NCBI GenBank assembly: GCA_038087875.1
Contig: JAXLNO010000064.1
Location: 56,626 to 76,625 of the forward strand
DNA: 20,000 nucleotides
From: Malacoraja senta
Taxonomy: Eukaryota
Reading direction: 5' to 3'
Position 1 is the first letter of the stretch. Every line of letters begins with the position of its first letter. The notes under the pieces are model-generated. The model did not search any database, was not told where the DNA came from, and saw nothing but the letters and a program-made list of their open reading frames with translations. Of the stretch, positions 19,736 through 20,000 are shown in pieces. The position numbers and the translations under genes were made by a program.

Positions 19736-20000
19736 CTGCAACTAACTGTCTCCTACGCCTCCCGCACTATGACCCCTACCGAGCAACGCTACGCCCAGAT
19801 CGAGAAGGAGTTCCTCGCCGTGGTGTTTGCCTGCTCGAAGTTCAAGGACTACATTTTGGGTAACACTTTCACTATTGAGACCGACCACCAGCCGCTGGTC
19901 ACGATCTTGAACAAACCGATCCACGTTGCCTCTTCCCGTTTGCAGCGTATGATGCTGAAGCTCCAGCGCTTCACGTTTCGAATCGTGTACCGAAAGGGCA
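19736..20000 (+). pseudogene. Ty3/Gypsy pol fragment, N-terminally truncated RNase H; frame open to the window end
   Basis: Own translation (frame not in the ORF track): VSYASRTMTPTEQRYAQIEKEFLAVVFACSKFKDYILGNTFTIETDHQPLVTILNKPIHVASSRLQRMMLKLQRFTFRIVYRKG, with classic YASR, EKE and TDH motifs. Confidence 0.95.

Noticed and set aside
19742..19924. 60-aa minus-strand ORF
   Set aside because: Antisense shadow of the Gypsy RNase H frame.

Overview
Eukaryotic, repeat-dominated DNA with no recognisable host exon, so probably intronic or intergenic. The repeat families (HE1/V-type tRNA-derived SINEs, many CR1 3' ends, Rex1/Babar LINE tails, Penelope-like elements) point to a cartilaginous fish, probably a skate or ray; this is an inference. 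Almost all ORFs in the track are transposon fragments or chance frames. Main observations: (1) roughly 20 copies of a short Penelope-derived module carrying a minimal hammerhead-ribozyme core (CUGAnGA-A-helix II-GAAACGUC), including a four-copy head-to-tail array at 6091-6228 with structure-preserving variation and one copy attached to a GIY-YIG endonuclease fragment; (2) a young Ty3/Gypsy element at the right edge whose primer-binding site extends to 35 nt of tRNA-Leu complement and is fused directly to mid-RNase H; (3) two GC-rich (GATTCT)n-tailed retroposons sharing a 13-bp hairpin, one with a perfect CTCF core at its 5' end; (4) Harbinger-like MITEs and multi-level nesting. Boundaries of degraded repeats are approximate.
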